Shown here piece by piece: positions 37,498 through 48,354 of a stretch of 64,000 nucleotides of DNA. Every line of letters begins with the position of its first letter. Position 1 is the first letter of the stretch. Below the pieces are notes generated by a model. It was not told the origin of the DNA, did not search any database, and was given only the letters and a program-made list of their open reading frames with translations. The DNA lies in IMG/VR virus record IMGVR_UViG_3300017917_001940, positions 1 to 64,000 of that record. One strand, given 5' to 3'. The translations under genes were made by a program, and so were the position numbers. This stretch comes from a virus.

Positions 37498-37820
37498 TTG
37501 GAACAATTAAGAAGTATGGTGACTTGGCTCGCTCGGCCAGTCGTAGCGAATATTGGGGAGTTGTACTCAGTGTATTTGCTTTGAGCTTTTTGCTTGGCAT
37601 TGTATCGTTAATCATGATGTTCGGCGGAGTGTTTGGAATGATGGTTGCTATTCCTGTATTGCTCGCTGGTACATTGATCCTTACCTGGGTAAGTATCGCA
37701 ACTATTGTGGCACGTTGTCGTGATGCTGGTATCAACCCTTGGTTTACTGCCGCATGCTTTATACCTTATATCGGTACAATCGTTATGATTGTCATTGGAT
37801 GTATTGGAACTAAGAAATGA
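37494..37820 (+). CDS. DUF805 family membrane protein
   Basis: RSASRSEYW, VARCRDAG, IPYIG. Confidence 0.8.
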   Translation: MIGTIKKYGDLARSASRSEYWGVVLSVFALSFLLGIVSLIMMFGGVFGMMVAIPVLLAGTLILTWVSIATIVARCRDAGINPWFTAACFIPYIGTIVMIVIGCIGTKK

Positions 37821-37954
37821 ATGGATTTGTTGTTTTTGGAGTTATTGTATTAGTTGTTCTTGGTGCATTATACGCACTGAGAAATATTCCTGGCTGTACA
37901 GGCGACTGTGAGCAAGGACGTAAGCCTTGTAACTGTGAAAAAGGAAAACGATAA
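37817..37954 (+). CDS. Small membrane protein with Cys-rich tail (45 aa)
   Basis: TM helix + CTGDCEQGRKPCNC; coupled on both sides. Confidence 0.5.
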   Translation: MNGFVVFGVIVLVVLGALYALRNIPGCTGDCEQGRKPCNCEKGKR

Positions 37955-38502
37955 TGGCCTGGCCCTTTGGACCTGATGAAGTAACACAAACTGAAGTTGA
38001 GAAAAATTTAACTACTTGGACAGTACAACCGCGTTATAAGAAATCTATTGAAGAGCGTGAGTTATGGTCTAAAGATGGCGAACAAATTGTTCGTGTAACC
38101 GGTTGGCGTGGCGGTTCTTGGACTGTAACTACTAACGACGGTAATCCACCAGAGTTCGAATTTACCTATGTTCCTGGCGGCGATGGCAACTGTGACAGTA
38201 TTGATATGAACTTTTGCTGTTCTAATAACATCGAAGAATGTGAAATGAATGAAACATGGGACGGCTGGTACGGTGATGTACAGTATCCTGATGACATGGA
38301 TGATGATGAACAAGAGCGTCTCAATGAACTCTGGGAAGAGGAATTCTACGACGGTTGGGAAAGTGACGGTTGGAGCAACGATGACACAGAAATGTGGATT
38401 TGGGGCGATATCGAAATTTTAAACGAAGCCGGTGATCTTGTTAAAGTTATTCGTGCTGATGAAGATGGTAATGTTGTCGATGTAACTGATGACGCTGAGT
38501 AA
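37954..38502 (+). CDS. Acidic hypothetical protein
   Basis: D/E/W-rich ORF. Confidence 0.6.
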   Translation: MAWPFGPDEVTQTEVEKNLTTWTVQPRYKKSIEERELWSKDGEQIVRVTGWRGGSWTVTTNDGNPPEFEFTYVPGGDGNCDSIDMNFCCSNNIEECEMNETWDGWYGDVQYPDDMDDDEQERLNELWEEEFYDGWESDGWSNDDTEMWIWGDIEILNEAGDLVKVIRADEDGNVVDVTDDAE

Positions 38503-38614
38503 GTTATTAGATGTTGCATTAGGCTTAGTTGAGGCAGGATTTTTCTTTGCTTTGATTATAATGTATGCTATAATATTAGGTAAGTTAATCCAACCAACTA
38601 AGAAGATCAAATGA
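38489..38614 (+). CDS. Small membrane peptide (41 aa)
   Basis: Hydrophobic ORF, ATGA-coupled to next gene. Confidence 0.4.
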   Translation: MTLSKLLDVALGLVEAGFFFALIIMYAIILGKLIQPTKKIK

Positions 38615-38826
38615 ATGTAGTAGCAGAAAGTTTAGAATATCTTTGGTATAGCTTTTATGGCTTGATTGCAGGTTGGGGATTAACCACAACCTTTTTTGCT
38701 ATTGTGGCCATAACATTATTTGTTAAAGTTGTTCGCCTTGACAAGAAAGTTGAACGACTTGAAAATCGTTTGGTACATGCCGAACGTGATTATAACATTA
38801 CCTTGGCAAAATGGCAGAAGAAATAA
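38611..38826 (+). CDS. Small membrane + coiled-coil protein
   Basis: TM helix then heptads. Confidence 0.55.
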   Translation: MNVVAESLEYLWYSFYGLIAGWGLTTTFFAIVAITLFVKVVRLDKKVERLENRLVHAERDYNITLAKWQKK

Positions 38827-39251
38827 ATCGTTGCGTGTGTTGCGGCCACGAGATCACTAAAGAGCAACACACATTCCAAAAGTTAAAGGGCATTCGAGAA
38901 GTTGTAGTAAATGCTCGGCATGGTGGATTTAGTTTGAGTCACGAGGCAGAACTGGAGTACCTACGTCGTGCCGGCATCGATTATACTTTAGAGTCTCGGG
39001 GTAGTAGAGACGATGATAATAGATATGGTTTAACTATTCGTGTTGATGGCAATCATTGGTCTGGTAGACATGATATTGCTCGCGACGATCCTATATTAGT
39101 TCGTTTGATTAAAGACTGGGGTGATGATGTAGATGGCGAGTATGCTGATCTTGCCATAGTACAGATTCCTGGCAATGTTGATTGGATTATAGAAGAATAT
39201 GATGGATTAGAATGGGTAGCAGAGGACCATAGAACCTGGCACGCCCGCTAA
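38811..39251 (+). CDS. Hypothetical phage protein
   Basis: EVVVNARHGGFSLS, RDDPILV, IEEYDGLE. Confidence 0.6.
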   Translation: MAEEINRCVCCGHEITKEQHTFQKLKGIREVVVNARHGGFSLSHEAELEYLRRAGIDYTLESRGSRDDDNRYGLTIRVDGNHWSGRHDIARDDPILVRLIKDWGDDVDGEYADLAIVQIPGNVDWIIEEYDGLEWVAEDHRTWHAR

Positions 39252-39261
39252 ATATTTAGAT

Positions 39262-40869
39262 ATGATTTTAAGTTATTGGACATTATTTGTAGCACTATCA
39301 CTGAGCCTTATTGCCGCTTGGTATAGTATCGCCGGCCTAACAGCCATCTTTGCCGCGGCCGCAGTGCCTATTATGATCATGGGCGGCATCATGGAAGTGG
39401 CCAAGATCACTGTTACTGTATGGTTACATGAATACTGGCAATACTGTAAACGCAGTCTTAAGGCGCAGTTGACTGTTAGTGTGGTCCTACTCATGTTTAT
39501 TACCAGCATGGGTATCTTTGGATTCCTATCAAAAGCACACAGCGATCAAGCACTGGTATCAGGCGATGTACAGGCTAAGATTAGCATATACGATGAAAAG
39601 ATTCGTATTGCCCGCGAGAACATTGAGGCAAGCCGTAAGGCATTGACACAAATGGATGCCGCAGTTGATCAAACCATGGGTCGTTCGACGGATGAAAAAG
39701 GTGCTGATCGAGCAGTGGCCATACGACGTAGTCAAAGTGCTGAACGCTCACGTTTATTAAAAGAAATTGATCAAGAACAAAAGAAGATTCAAAAACTTAA
39801 CGAAGAAGCCGCCCCTATTCGTGCAGAAGTGCGTAAGGTAGAAGCCGAAGTTGGTCCTATCAAATATATTGCCGCACTGATCTATGGCGACAATCCTGAT
39901 GCTAACTTGTTAGAACGTGCTGTTCGTTGGGTTATTATTATACTGGTTATTGTATTTGATCCGTTGGCTATTGCCATGGTATTAAGTTCTACAGAAAGTA
40001 TCAAATGGGAAAAACAATGGAAGGGTCGCAAACCTGATCCTGTTGATGACTCTGAAGATCATGAAGTTGAATCTTGGTTTGATCGTGCTAAAGAACGTGC
40101 CCGCTTTTGGGACAAACAACCCAAGGTAGGTGACCTTGTTGAACAAATAACTCCAGAGAATGTTCACAAGGAACAGTTAACTGATTTGGTTATAGATGAA
40201 CCACAAACTGAAGATCAACATACACACATTCCTGTATCAACATACTACTCAAGTATCAGACCAAGTAGTCAGTTTGAACCTAAGCCAGAAGAAGATCAAG
40301 AGCTTGCTCAAGATCCAATGATCAATAAAGAAGCCAATGCAGATCTATCAATGTATAACGATGAAAGGTTAGTTTCAAAGTTTGACAAAGAGTCAGGATT
40401 TGTGAGTCCTAATGCACCAGAATTAGATGCTAGTGATGAACGCCCAGGCGACTATCTAAATGATAATGACAAAGCTCTACGCACCGCATGGAAAGAAGCT
40501 AATCCAAAAGATACACTCAAGCATCAACGTGACTTGTATGATAAAGGACTAATTGATCAATTGCCTTGGCTAGGTCTAGATGCTGACAACGAGCCACACA
40601 CTGGAGAGGTAAAAGGATTTGGTACAGCTTTCCCAAATGATCCTGCTAAAGGCGACATGTTCTTACGTGTAGATCAAATACCAAGTATCTTGTTTAAGTT
40701 TAATGGATCACATTGGATTGAGGTTGACAAAAACCGAACAGACCAGTATGCTTATGATGAAGCATACATTGATCATCTTATTGCCAAAATTGATTCTGGG
40801 GAATATGATCCAGACCTGCTTAGTGATGCCGAACGCGATCAAATTGAACATAGACTAAAGAATGCCTGA
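39262..40869 (+). CDS. Membrane-anchored coiled-coil protein
   Basis: N-terminal TM helices, long coiled coil, further TM helix, acidic tail; TAAATA at 39249-39254. Confidence 0.6.
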   Translation: MILSYWTLFVALSLSLIAAWYSIAGLTAIFAAAAVPIMIMGGIMEVAKITVTVWLHEYWQYCKRSLKAQLTVSVVLLMFITSMGIFGFLSKAHSDQALVSGDVQAKISIYDEKIRIARENIEASRKALTQMDAAVDQTMGRSTDEKGADRAVAIRRSQSAERSRLLKEIDQEQKKIQKLNEEAAPIRAEVRKVEAEVGPIKYIAALIYGDNPDANLLERAVRWVIIILVIVFDPLAIAMVLSSTESIKWEKQWKGRKPDPVDDSEDHEVESWFDRAKERARFWDKQPKVGDLVEQITPENVHKEQLTDLVIDEPQTEDQHTHIPVSTYYSSIRPSSQFEPKPEEDQELAQDPMINKEANADLSMYNDERLVSKFDKESGFVSPNAPELDASDERPGDYLNDNDKALRTAWKEANPKDTLKHQRDLYDKGLIDQLPWLGLDADNEPHTGEVKGFGTAFPNDPAKGDMFLRVDQIPSILFKFNGSHWIEVDKNRTDQYAYDEAYIDHLIAKIDSGEYDPDLLSDAERDQIEHRLKNA

Positions 40870-42061
40870 TACTAATTCAGTAGATAATTGCAGTTTTTGT
40901 AACAAACATAAAGATCAAGTTGATAAACTTATTGTTGGTCATTCAGTGGCCATTTGTAATGAGTGCGTTGATCTGTGTGGGTCCTTATTAAAGGATTCTA
41001 AAAAACTTAAAATCAAAAGTCAAGACGTTAAACTCGATCCTCGACAAATTAAATCATATCTCGATGAACATGTAATTGGTCAAGATACCGCAAAGATTGT
41101 TCTAAGTGTGGCAATTGTCAATCATTACAAGAGAATTCAAAACAAAGATAATCAGATACAAAAAGCCAACATACTAATGGTTGGTCCAACGGGTACTGGT
41201 AAAACACTAATGGCTCGAACAGTGGCCAAGTATCTTAATGTTCCATTTGTAGTTGCTGACGCAACAACATTAACCGAGGCGGGTTATGTAGGAGATGATG
41301 TTGAAACATTAATATCTCGATTGTATGCTAATGCCAATGGAGATATTGAACAAACTCAAAAAGGCATTGTCTTTTTAGATGAAGTTGATAAAATCGCTCG
41401 AAAGAGTGAAAGTGCCAGTGTATCAAGAGATGTGTCGGGCGAGGGTGTGCAACAGGCTCTACTAAAATTAGTAGAAGGAACAAAATGTCGCATTCCAACG
41501 CTAAACTCGAGAAAAATGAGCGGTGCCGAAACCGTCGAAATTGACACAACTAACATTTTGTTTGTTGCCGGCGGTGCATTCGTTGGATTAGAAGACGTAA
41601 TTAAAAAACGATTGCAAGGTACATCCATTGGGTTTGGTGCTAGTTTAAACACCCAGGAAAAAATCAGTACAGAAGATTTAATACCAGAAGACCTAGTAGG
41701 ATTTGGAATGATCCCAGAATTTGTTGGACGTTTCCCTACTTGTGTAAGTTTAAAACCATTAGATAAATCACAGTTAATAAACATACTCACAGAGGTAAAA
41801 AATAACTTTGTAGAGCAATACCAATGGTTATTTGACCAAGATGGTGTAAAGTTAGAATTTGATACCGAAAGTTTGGATCTCATTGCCGAAAGAACACTTA
41901 AAACTAACACCGGAGCTCGTGGGTTACACAGTGAATTAGAACGTGTATTACTACCGCATATGTTTAACTTAGGGCAATACAAGGAACAGAATGTATTGCG
42001 TGTGGTCATAGATAAAACCCAGGTAAATACTCCTACAAAATTAGAACAGGGAAATAAGTGA
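40862..42061 (+). CDS. clpX: ClpX AAA+ unfoldase
   Basis: C4 zinc domain, [30 protein letters not shown] loop, GARGL. Confidence 0.95.
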   Translation: MPDTNSVDNCSFCNKHKDQVDKLIVGHSVAICNECVDLCGSLLKDSKKLKIKSQDVKLDPRQIKSYLDEHVIGQDTAKIVLSVAIVNHYKRIQNKDNQIQKANILMVGPTGTGKTLMARTVAKYLNVPFVVADATTLTEAGYVGDDVETLISRLYANANGDIEQTQKGIVFLDEVDKIARKSESASVSRDVSGEGVQQALLKLVEGTKCRIPTLNSRKMSGAETVEIDTTNILFVAGGAFVGLEDVIKKRLQGTSIGFGASLNTQEKISTEDLIPEDLVGFGMIPEFVGRFPTCVSLKPLDKSQLINILTEVKNNFVEQYQWLFDQDGVKLEFDTESLDLIAERTLKTNTGARGLHSELERVLLPHMFNLGQYKEQNVLRVVIDKTQVNTPTKLEQGNK

Positions 42062-42282
42062 AACCAATTTACGGAAACAGCGTACTTGTTAAGGACGGAA
42101 ACGTAGAAAAAGCTCTACGCAAGTTCAAGAAGAAAGTGCAGGAATCTGGCTTACTTCAAGAGTTACGTGATCGTGAAACTTATGAAAAACCCACAACCGT
42201 GCGTAAGCGTAAAAAAGCCGCGGCAAAGAACCGTTTACGCAAACAACTAGCATCACAAAGTTTGCCAAAAAAATTGTATTAA
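42058..42282 (+). CDS. rpsU: Ribosomal protein bS21
   Basis: [36 protein letters not shown]. Confidence 0.9.
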   Translation: MKPIYGNSVLVKDGNVEKALRKFKKKVQESGLLQELRDRETYEKPTTVRKRKKAAAKNRLRKQLASQSLPKKLY

Positions 42283-42296
42283 TTTGAAATTTGTTG

Positions 42297-42356
42297 TATA
42301 AATAATTTTTGTAGCGCCTAATGGGCTACAGTAACTTTTAACTTGCTTTTAGGAGG
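42297..42356 (+). promoter_or_regulatory. Late promoter plus ROSE-like RNA thermometer (no large ORF directly downstream)
   Basis: TATAAATA; hairpin 42310-42330; CUUGCU can pair with AGGAG leaving a bulged G. Confidence 0.55.
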
Positions 42357-42363
42357 AGATAAA

Positions 42364-42390
42364 ATGATCAAAACAATCTTATCAAGCTGA
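42364..42390 (+). CDS. 8-codon mini-ORF (MIKTILSS)
   Basis: Strong AGGAGG SD 7 nt upstream. Confidence 0.35.
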   Translation: MIKTILSS

Positions 42391-42415
42391 CCACAGCAAT
42401 TCCTGATTATAAAGT

Positions 42416-42444
42416 TTGACACGTACTTGTGCGTGTGTTATACT
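42416..42444 (+). promoter_or_regulatory. sigma70 promoter for groES-groEL
   Basis: TTGACA-17nt-TATACT. Confidence 0.75.
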
Positions 42445-42470
42445 ATTCTATTGTTACATAAGGAGAAATT

Positions 42471-44395
<1,925 letters not shown>

Positions 44396-44424
44396 TTGAC
44401 AGGTATTTGATATTCTGTCATAAT
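44396..44424 (+). promoter_or_regulatory. sigma70 promoter, followed by an overlapping TAAATA late box
   Basis: TTGACA-17nt-CATAAT then AAATA. Confidence 0.65.
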
Positions 44425-44432
44425 AAATACAT

Positions 44433-44489
44433 GTGTGGATGCCCAATGGTGGGGTCCACACTGTATAGTCAACTTGCTTAATAAAGGAG
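44433..44489 (+). promoter_or_regulatory. ROSE-like RNA thermometer of hsp20
   Basis: Hairpin 44433-44461; CUUGCUU pairs with AAGGAG SD leaving a bulged G. Confidence 0.65.
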
Positions 44490-44496
44490 AAAACAA

Positions 44497-44934
44497 ATGA
44501 CTAAAATCACATCTTTTGATCTAACCCCATTCTATCGTAATACCATTGGTGTAGATAGACTCTTTGATCGCATCACACAACAGATCGATCATGCCGCAGG
44601 TAATAACTACCCTCCATATAACATTGTAGAAACAGGCGAGAATCTTTATGAGATTCAAGTGGCTGTTGCTGGCTTCACACAAGGTGAAGTTACAATCAAT
44701 GTTAAAGACGGTGAGTTAATTATCACTGGAGAAAAAACAGAAGCTATTCCAGAAGGACATGTATATCGTCACCAAGGTATTAGTGCTCGTAAGTTTATTC
44801 GTACATTTAGTCTTGCTGATCATGTAGAAGTGCGTGAGGCTGTAAGTAAGGATGGTATCCTAACTGTTAAGTTAGAGCGTATTATTCCTGAGTCAGCCAA
44901 GCCAAAAACTATTGCGATCACATACGCAAATTAA
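44497..44934 (+). CDS. Small heat-shock protein Hsp20 (IbpA-like)
   Basis: NYPPYNI, VAVAGF, HQGISARKF, GILTV, PKTIAI. Confidence 0.95.
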   Translation: MTKITSFDLTPFYRNTIGVDRLFDRITQQIDHAAGNNYPPYNIVETGENLYEIQVAVAGFTQGEVTINVKDGELIITGEKTEAIPEGHVYRHQGISARKFIRTFSLADHVEVREAVSKDGILTVKLERIIPESAKPKTIAITYAN

Positions 44935-44944
44935 TATAATGTAG

Positions 44945-44976
44945 TAAATACAGTGGAGGGCGTGGTGCTCTCCACT
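44945..44976 (+). promoter_or_regulatory. Late box and 5' hairpin before clpS
   Basis: TAAATA then AGTGGAG/CTCCACT stem. Confidence 0.5.
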
Positions 44977-44995
44977 AACTGATAAAGGACTAAGG

Positions 44996-45298
44996 ATGTC
45001 ACAAGCAGAAGTAAAAACAAGAACAAGCCTAGAGATTAAAGAACCTCCTATGTTCAAGGTCATTTATCTCAATGATAACCAAACTACTATGGAATTTGTT
45101 ATTGAGACTTTAGTTGACTTTTTTGATTACAATACAGAAACAGCACTAAAAATTACTGAAGATATTCACCACGAAGGTTCAGCAGTAGTGGCTGTTTTAC
45201 CTTATGAGGTAGCTGAACAAAAAGGCATTGAAGTTACTGTTTGTGCTAGATCCAACAACTATCCTCTTCAAATTAAACTTGAACCTGAGTCTGATTAA
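44996..45298 (+). CDS. clpS: ClpS N-degron adaptor
   Basis: PPMFKVIYLND..TTMEFV, IHHEG, EVAEQK, YPL. Confidence 0.9.
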   Translation: MSQAEVKTRTSLEIKEPPMFKVIYLNDNQTTMEFVIETLVDFFDYNTETALKITEDIHHEGSAVVAVLPYEVAEQKGIEVTVCARSNNYPLQIKLEPESD

Positions 45299-46077
45299 AA
45301 ATCTATTTCAATACGTTTAGGATAATATACTGATTGTTTCCAGGGGGTGTCACCTCGCCCCCGACAATTATTAACAAATCTAATTCCATCTATGTAGCGA
45401 TCAACACCTTTATGGTAGTGACCAAAACACCATGCTTTAATTTTATCTTCAGTATCTTCGTTGATAGCTAATCTCATGTGTTTATTGCCTAGAGTGTTAA
45501 ATCTGTAGGTATCGACTAAATCAATGTCATGATTAACTAATGCAGGGTCTGGTACAGTATGAGTTACAATCACAACAGCCTTAACATCTTTATGAGTTTG
45601 AAGTTTTTCTAGGCTGTTAATAAGGTAAGCCGCATCATTAAATGAAATTCCGGTTATTGAATCAGCTGCCGAGTCTATTTTATCTTGATACCATAAGACA
45701 CTTTCTTCGTAACTTATTGATGAGTCAAAATCATAACCCCACCAACCATTTGTAGCAATGATAGCAACACCATTAATAATTACCACATTGTTTTGCAAAT
45801 ATACTACATTGTCGATATTTTTAAGCACATGATTGAGTTCTCGATAACTTCTTCCTAAATCATTTAGATAATATGCATGTTCATCATTACCGTCGATATA
45901 AAAAACACCCCCGGGATAACAACGACCCAAGTGGCCAAGTGTTTCAACTAATACTCCTCGATCTCTTGCGATGTCTCCTGCTACTACACAATACGGACTC
46001 GTGGCTTGTCCAGTCCAGTTGAACTCATTCCAAGTTTCAATATGTAGGTCAGAAATTAAATCAAATGCAAAAGTCAT
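45295..46077 (-). CDS. Calcineurin-like metallophosphoesterase
   Basis: SDLHIE, AGDI, DGNDEH, THTVP, FGHYH. Confidence 0.85.
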   Translation of the reverse strand: MTFAFDLISDLHIETWNEFNWTGQATSPYCVVAGDIARDRGVLVETLGHLGRCYPGGVFYIDGNDEHAYYLNDLGRSYRELNHVLKNIDNVVYLQNNVVIINGVAIIATNGWWGYDFDSSISYEESVLWYQDKIDSAADSITGISFNDAAYLINSLEKLQTHKDVKAVVIVTHTVPDPALVNHDIDLVDTYRFNTLGNKHMRLAINEDTEDKIKAWCFGHYHKGVDRYIDGIRFVNNCRGRGDTPWKQSVYYPKRIEIDF

Positions 46078-46103
46078 GATACATATTTAAAAGGATTAAA
46101 CAT

Positions 46104-46469
46104 ATGAACATAATAATGGGAACCGAGAACGCACAATCATTTGCTGAGAAATATACAGTATTAGAACTTGATATTATTAAGATCATGCCCGAAGGACATT
46201 GTATACCAGCTTATTGTGTAGTTGAAAACATTCCAATACTAGATCTCAATCGAGTTGATAATATGCGCCGATTGCATCGCGGATTGTTGGAAAACTATCG
46301 CCAAAAAAATTGGAACTATTGTATTCAGGCAATTGAGAATCTAACAGGCTTTTGGGGAGGAGAGTTAGACTCGTTCTACGCTGATTTACAGCAACGTATC
46401 AATAAATACTCAGAACAAGATCCAGGGGAGGATTGGGATGGTACAATTGAAAAACATCCTGTTGGTTAG
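46104..46469 (+). CDS. Stand-alone homolog of the adenylate cyclase C-terminal domain
   Basis: YTVLELD..NYRQKNWN..FYADL..DWDG aligns by eye with the tail of the 52388-54439 protein. Confidence 0.55.
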   Translation: MNIIMGTENAQSFAEKYTVLELDIIKIMPEGHCIPAYCVVENIPILDLNRVDNMRRLHRGLLENYRQKNWNYCIQAIENLTGFWGGELDSFYADLQQRINKYSEQDPGEDWDGTIEKHPVG

Positions 46470-46836
46470 TGCCTTAGCATTTCTAACAGCATGTGCCGCT
46501 AAATTTGATCCGTTGGAATACGGACGTGTAGTTGACATTAGACATACTGTCAGCGTAGCACAACAAGAAAACACCTGTGCCAAACCAGCTCAAGCACGTA
46601 CAGTAGCCGATAGCATTTATAGTGATGTTCGTTGGTTAATGATGTACGCTCAATATCTTCCTGATAACAGCCCAGGCGAACAAATGGCAGTGGCACTGTT
46701 TAACACAGCGGCAGAATTTAGCAAACGATACGAAGCTCCGGAACCTGTAAGCAAAGTCTACTGTGATCTTAAACTTAAAACACTTGCGGTACAAGTAGAA
46801 ACAATACAAAAATCACATGGCGGGAGACCTAGATGA
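46438..46836 (+). CDS. Putative lipoprotein
   Basis: Signal with lipobox FLTA-C. Confidence 0.6.
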   Translation: MVQLKNILLVSALAFLTACAAKFDPLEYGRVVDIRHTVSVAQQENTCAKPAQARTVADSIYSDVRWLMMYAQYLPDNSPGEQMAVALFNTAAEFSKRYEAPEPVSKVYCDLKLKTLAVQVETIQKSHGGRPR

Positions 46837-47075
46837 GCATAGCACAACAAATTAATGAAATTTTAGGTCATATTGACCTATCTAACTTTTTAGCCGAACA
46901 AACAGATGCTATTAACAATGCCTATGCCACACAGCAAATATCTGCTGAAGAACGTGATGCATTATTGACTGATCTTGTTAATACAAATGTAGTATTTCAG
47001 GGTGCTAGTGATCAGGATATTCGAGTTTTTCTAGATCGTGTGCTCACAGTAATTAAATCCGCACCACTTCCGTAA
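46833..47075 (+). CDS. Hypothetical protein
   Basis: ATGA-coupled. Confidence 0.55.
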   Translation: MSIAQQINEILGHIDLSNFLAEQTDAINNAYATQQISAEERDALLTDLVNTNVVFQGASDQDIRVFLDRVLTVIKSAPLP

Positions 47076-47128
47076 AAACCCAGCACTAAATTTGTTCTAG
47101 ATCCTGTTAAATACTAATAGGAGCTAGA

Positions 47129-47575
47129 ATGAGAAAAATAATAATAACAATTCTCGCTGGTTTTACTGTTAATGTGTGGGCCGACACCTTAGTTCACCAA
47201 TTTCAATCGCCAGCTTTTATACCGGGTAATGGGTATTCCACTCATGTGCTAACCATTGAACAGCTCGAAGCAAACCGTAAAAAAGCTATACAGGATGCTA
47301 AAAAAGCCGAAGCTGATGCTGCCGCAAGAGCCGCCGCAAATACTAATCTACAAAAATTCCTAAACAACTTTGAAAGTCGTGTTTATGCTCAATTGTCCAA
47401 ACAATTAGCAGACGCTATGTTTTCCTCCACCTCCGGAACCACAGGTACTATAGAATTCCAAGGCACTACTATTACTTGGGACAAGGACACGGTTACCAAT
47501 CAGGTCACGCTAACTATTGTTAGTCCTACAGGAACCACTACGGTTACTGTACCAATAGCGAGCTTTGCATTTTAA
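47129..47575 (+). CDS. csgF: Curli assembly protein CsgF-like
   Basis: Signal peptide; mature start DTLVHQFQSPAF; LQKFLNNFESRVYAQL; adjacent to csgG. Confidence 0.75.
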   Translation: MRKIIITILAGFTVNVWADTLVHQFQSPAFIPGNGYSTHVLTIEQLEANRKKAIQDAKKAEADAAARAAANTNLQKFLNNFESRVYAQLSKQLADAMFSSTSGTTGTIEFQGTTITWDKDTVTNQVTLTIVSPTGTTTVTVPIASFAF

Positions 47576-48354
47576 TGCGAGGCTTAATGACTCTTCTACT
47601 AGCTTTAACCTTAACCGGTTGTGCTGGTCTGCAACTTGATCTTCTCAAAGAAGAACCTGTAGCACTAAAACCCAAAGAAAACTTAATTGCTAAACTGCCC
47701 AAGTTAGATGGTCCACCTATGACCATTGCTGTATACGGATTTATAGATAAAACAGGTCAAAAGAAACCTAGCCAAAACTTAGCGTTGTTTAGTTCAGCAG
47801 TGACACAAGGTGCCGAAGTATTTTTAATTAAAGCACTACAAGATTCACCAGGTTGGTTTAGAGTTGTAGAACGTGTAGGACTAGACAATTTGGTTAAAGA
47901 ACGTCAACTTATTCGAAATCAACGAGAAGTTTACGAAGGTAAGGATGCCAAACCATTAAAGCCATTAACTGTGGCTGGCATTATGATTGAAGGTGGTATT
48001 ATTGGCTATGACAGTAATATCCGTTCAGGTGGTAACGGTGCTCGATTCTTGGGTATCGGAGCCAGCCAACAATATCGAGTCGACGAAGTAGTTATTAGTC
48101 TTAGAATAGTAAGTATTTCGTCAGGTGAGGTATTGTTGACAAACGCTGTGAGCAAAACAATATACAGCACACAGCACGATGTCGCAGTGTTAAAATTCGT
48201 TGATGGTGGCACCAAAGCACTTGAAATGGAAAACGGCTCGGCATTGAATGAACCCACTACCTACGCAGTTCGTGTGGCAATTGAACAAGCGGTATACGAA
48301 TTAATTGTAGAAGGGGAAAAGAAAGGGCTCTGGAGATTTCAGGGCAAACAATAA
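47575..48354 (+). CDS. csgG: Curli secretion channel CsgG-like lipoprotein
   Basis: Lipobox LTG-C; IAVYGFIDKTGQ, SAVTQGA, WFRVVER.GLDNL.KERQLIR, EGGIIGYD. Confidence 0.9.
   Translation: MRGLMTLLLALTLTGCAGLQLDLLKEEPVALKPKENLIAKLPKLDGPPMTIAVYGFIDKTGQKKPSQNLALFSSAVTQGAEVFLIKALQDSPGWFRVVERVGLDNLVKERQLIRNQREVYEGKDAKPLKPLTVAGIMIEGGIIGYDSNIRSGGNGARFLGIGASQQYRVDEVVISLRIVSISSGEVLLTNAVSKTIYSTQHDVAVLKFVDGGTKALEMENGSALNEPTTYAVRVAIEQAVYELIVEGEKKGLWRFQGKQ

Noticed and set aside
41356-42009. 217-aa antisense ORF opposite clpX
   Set aside because: No motif, SD or promoter; consistent with a shadow frame of a codon-biased gene. The same applies to the other antisense ORFs in the track (e.g. 1418-1768, 13906-14310, 48467-49160, 53745-54221).
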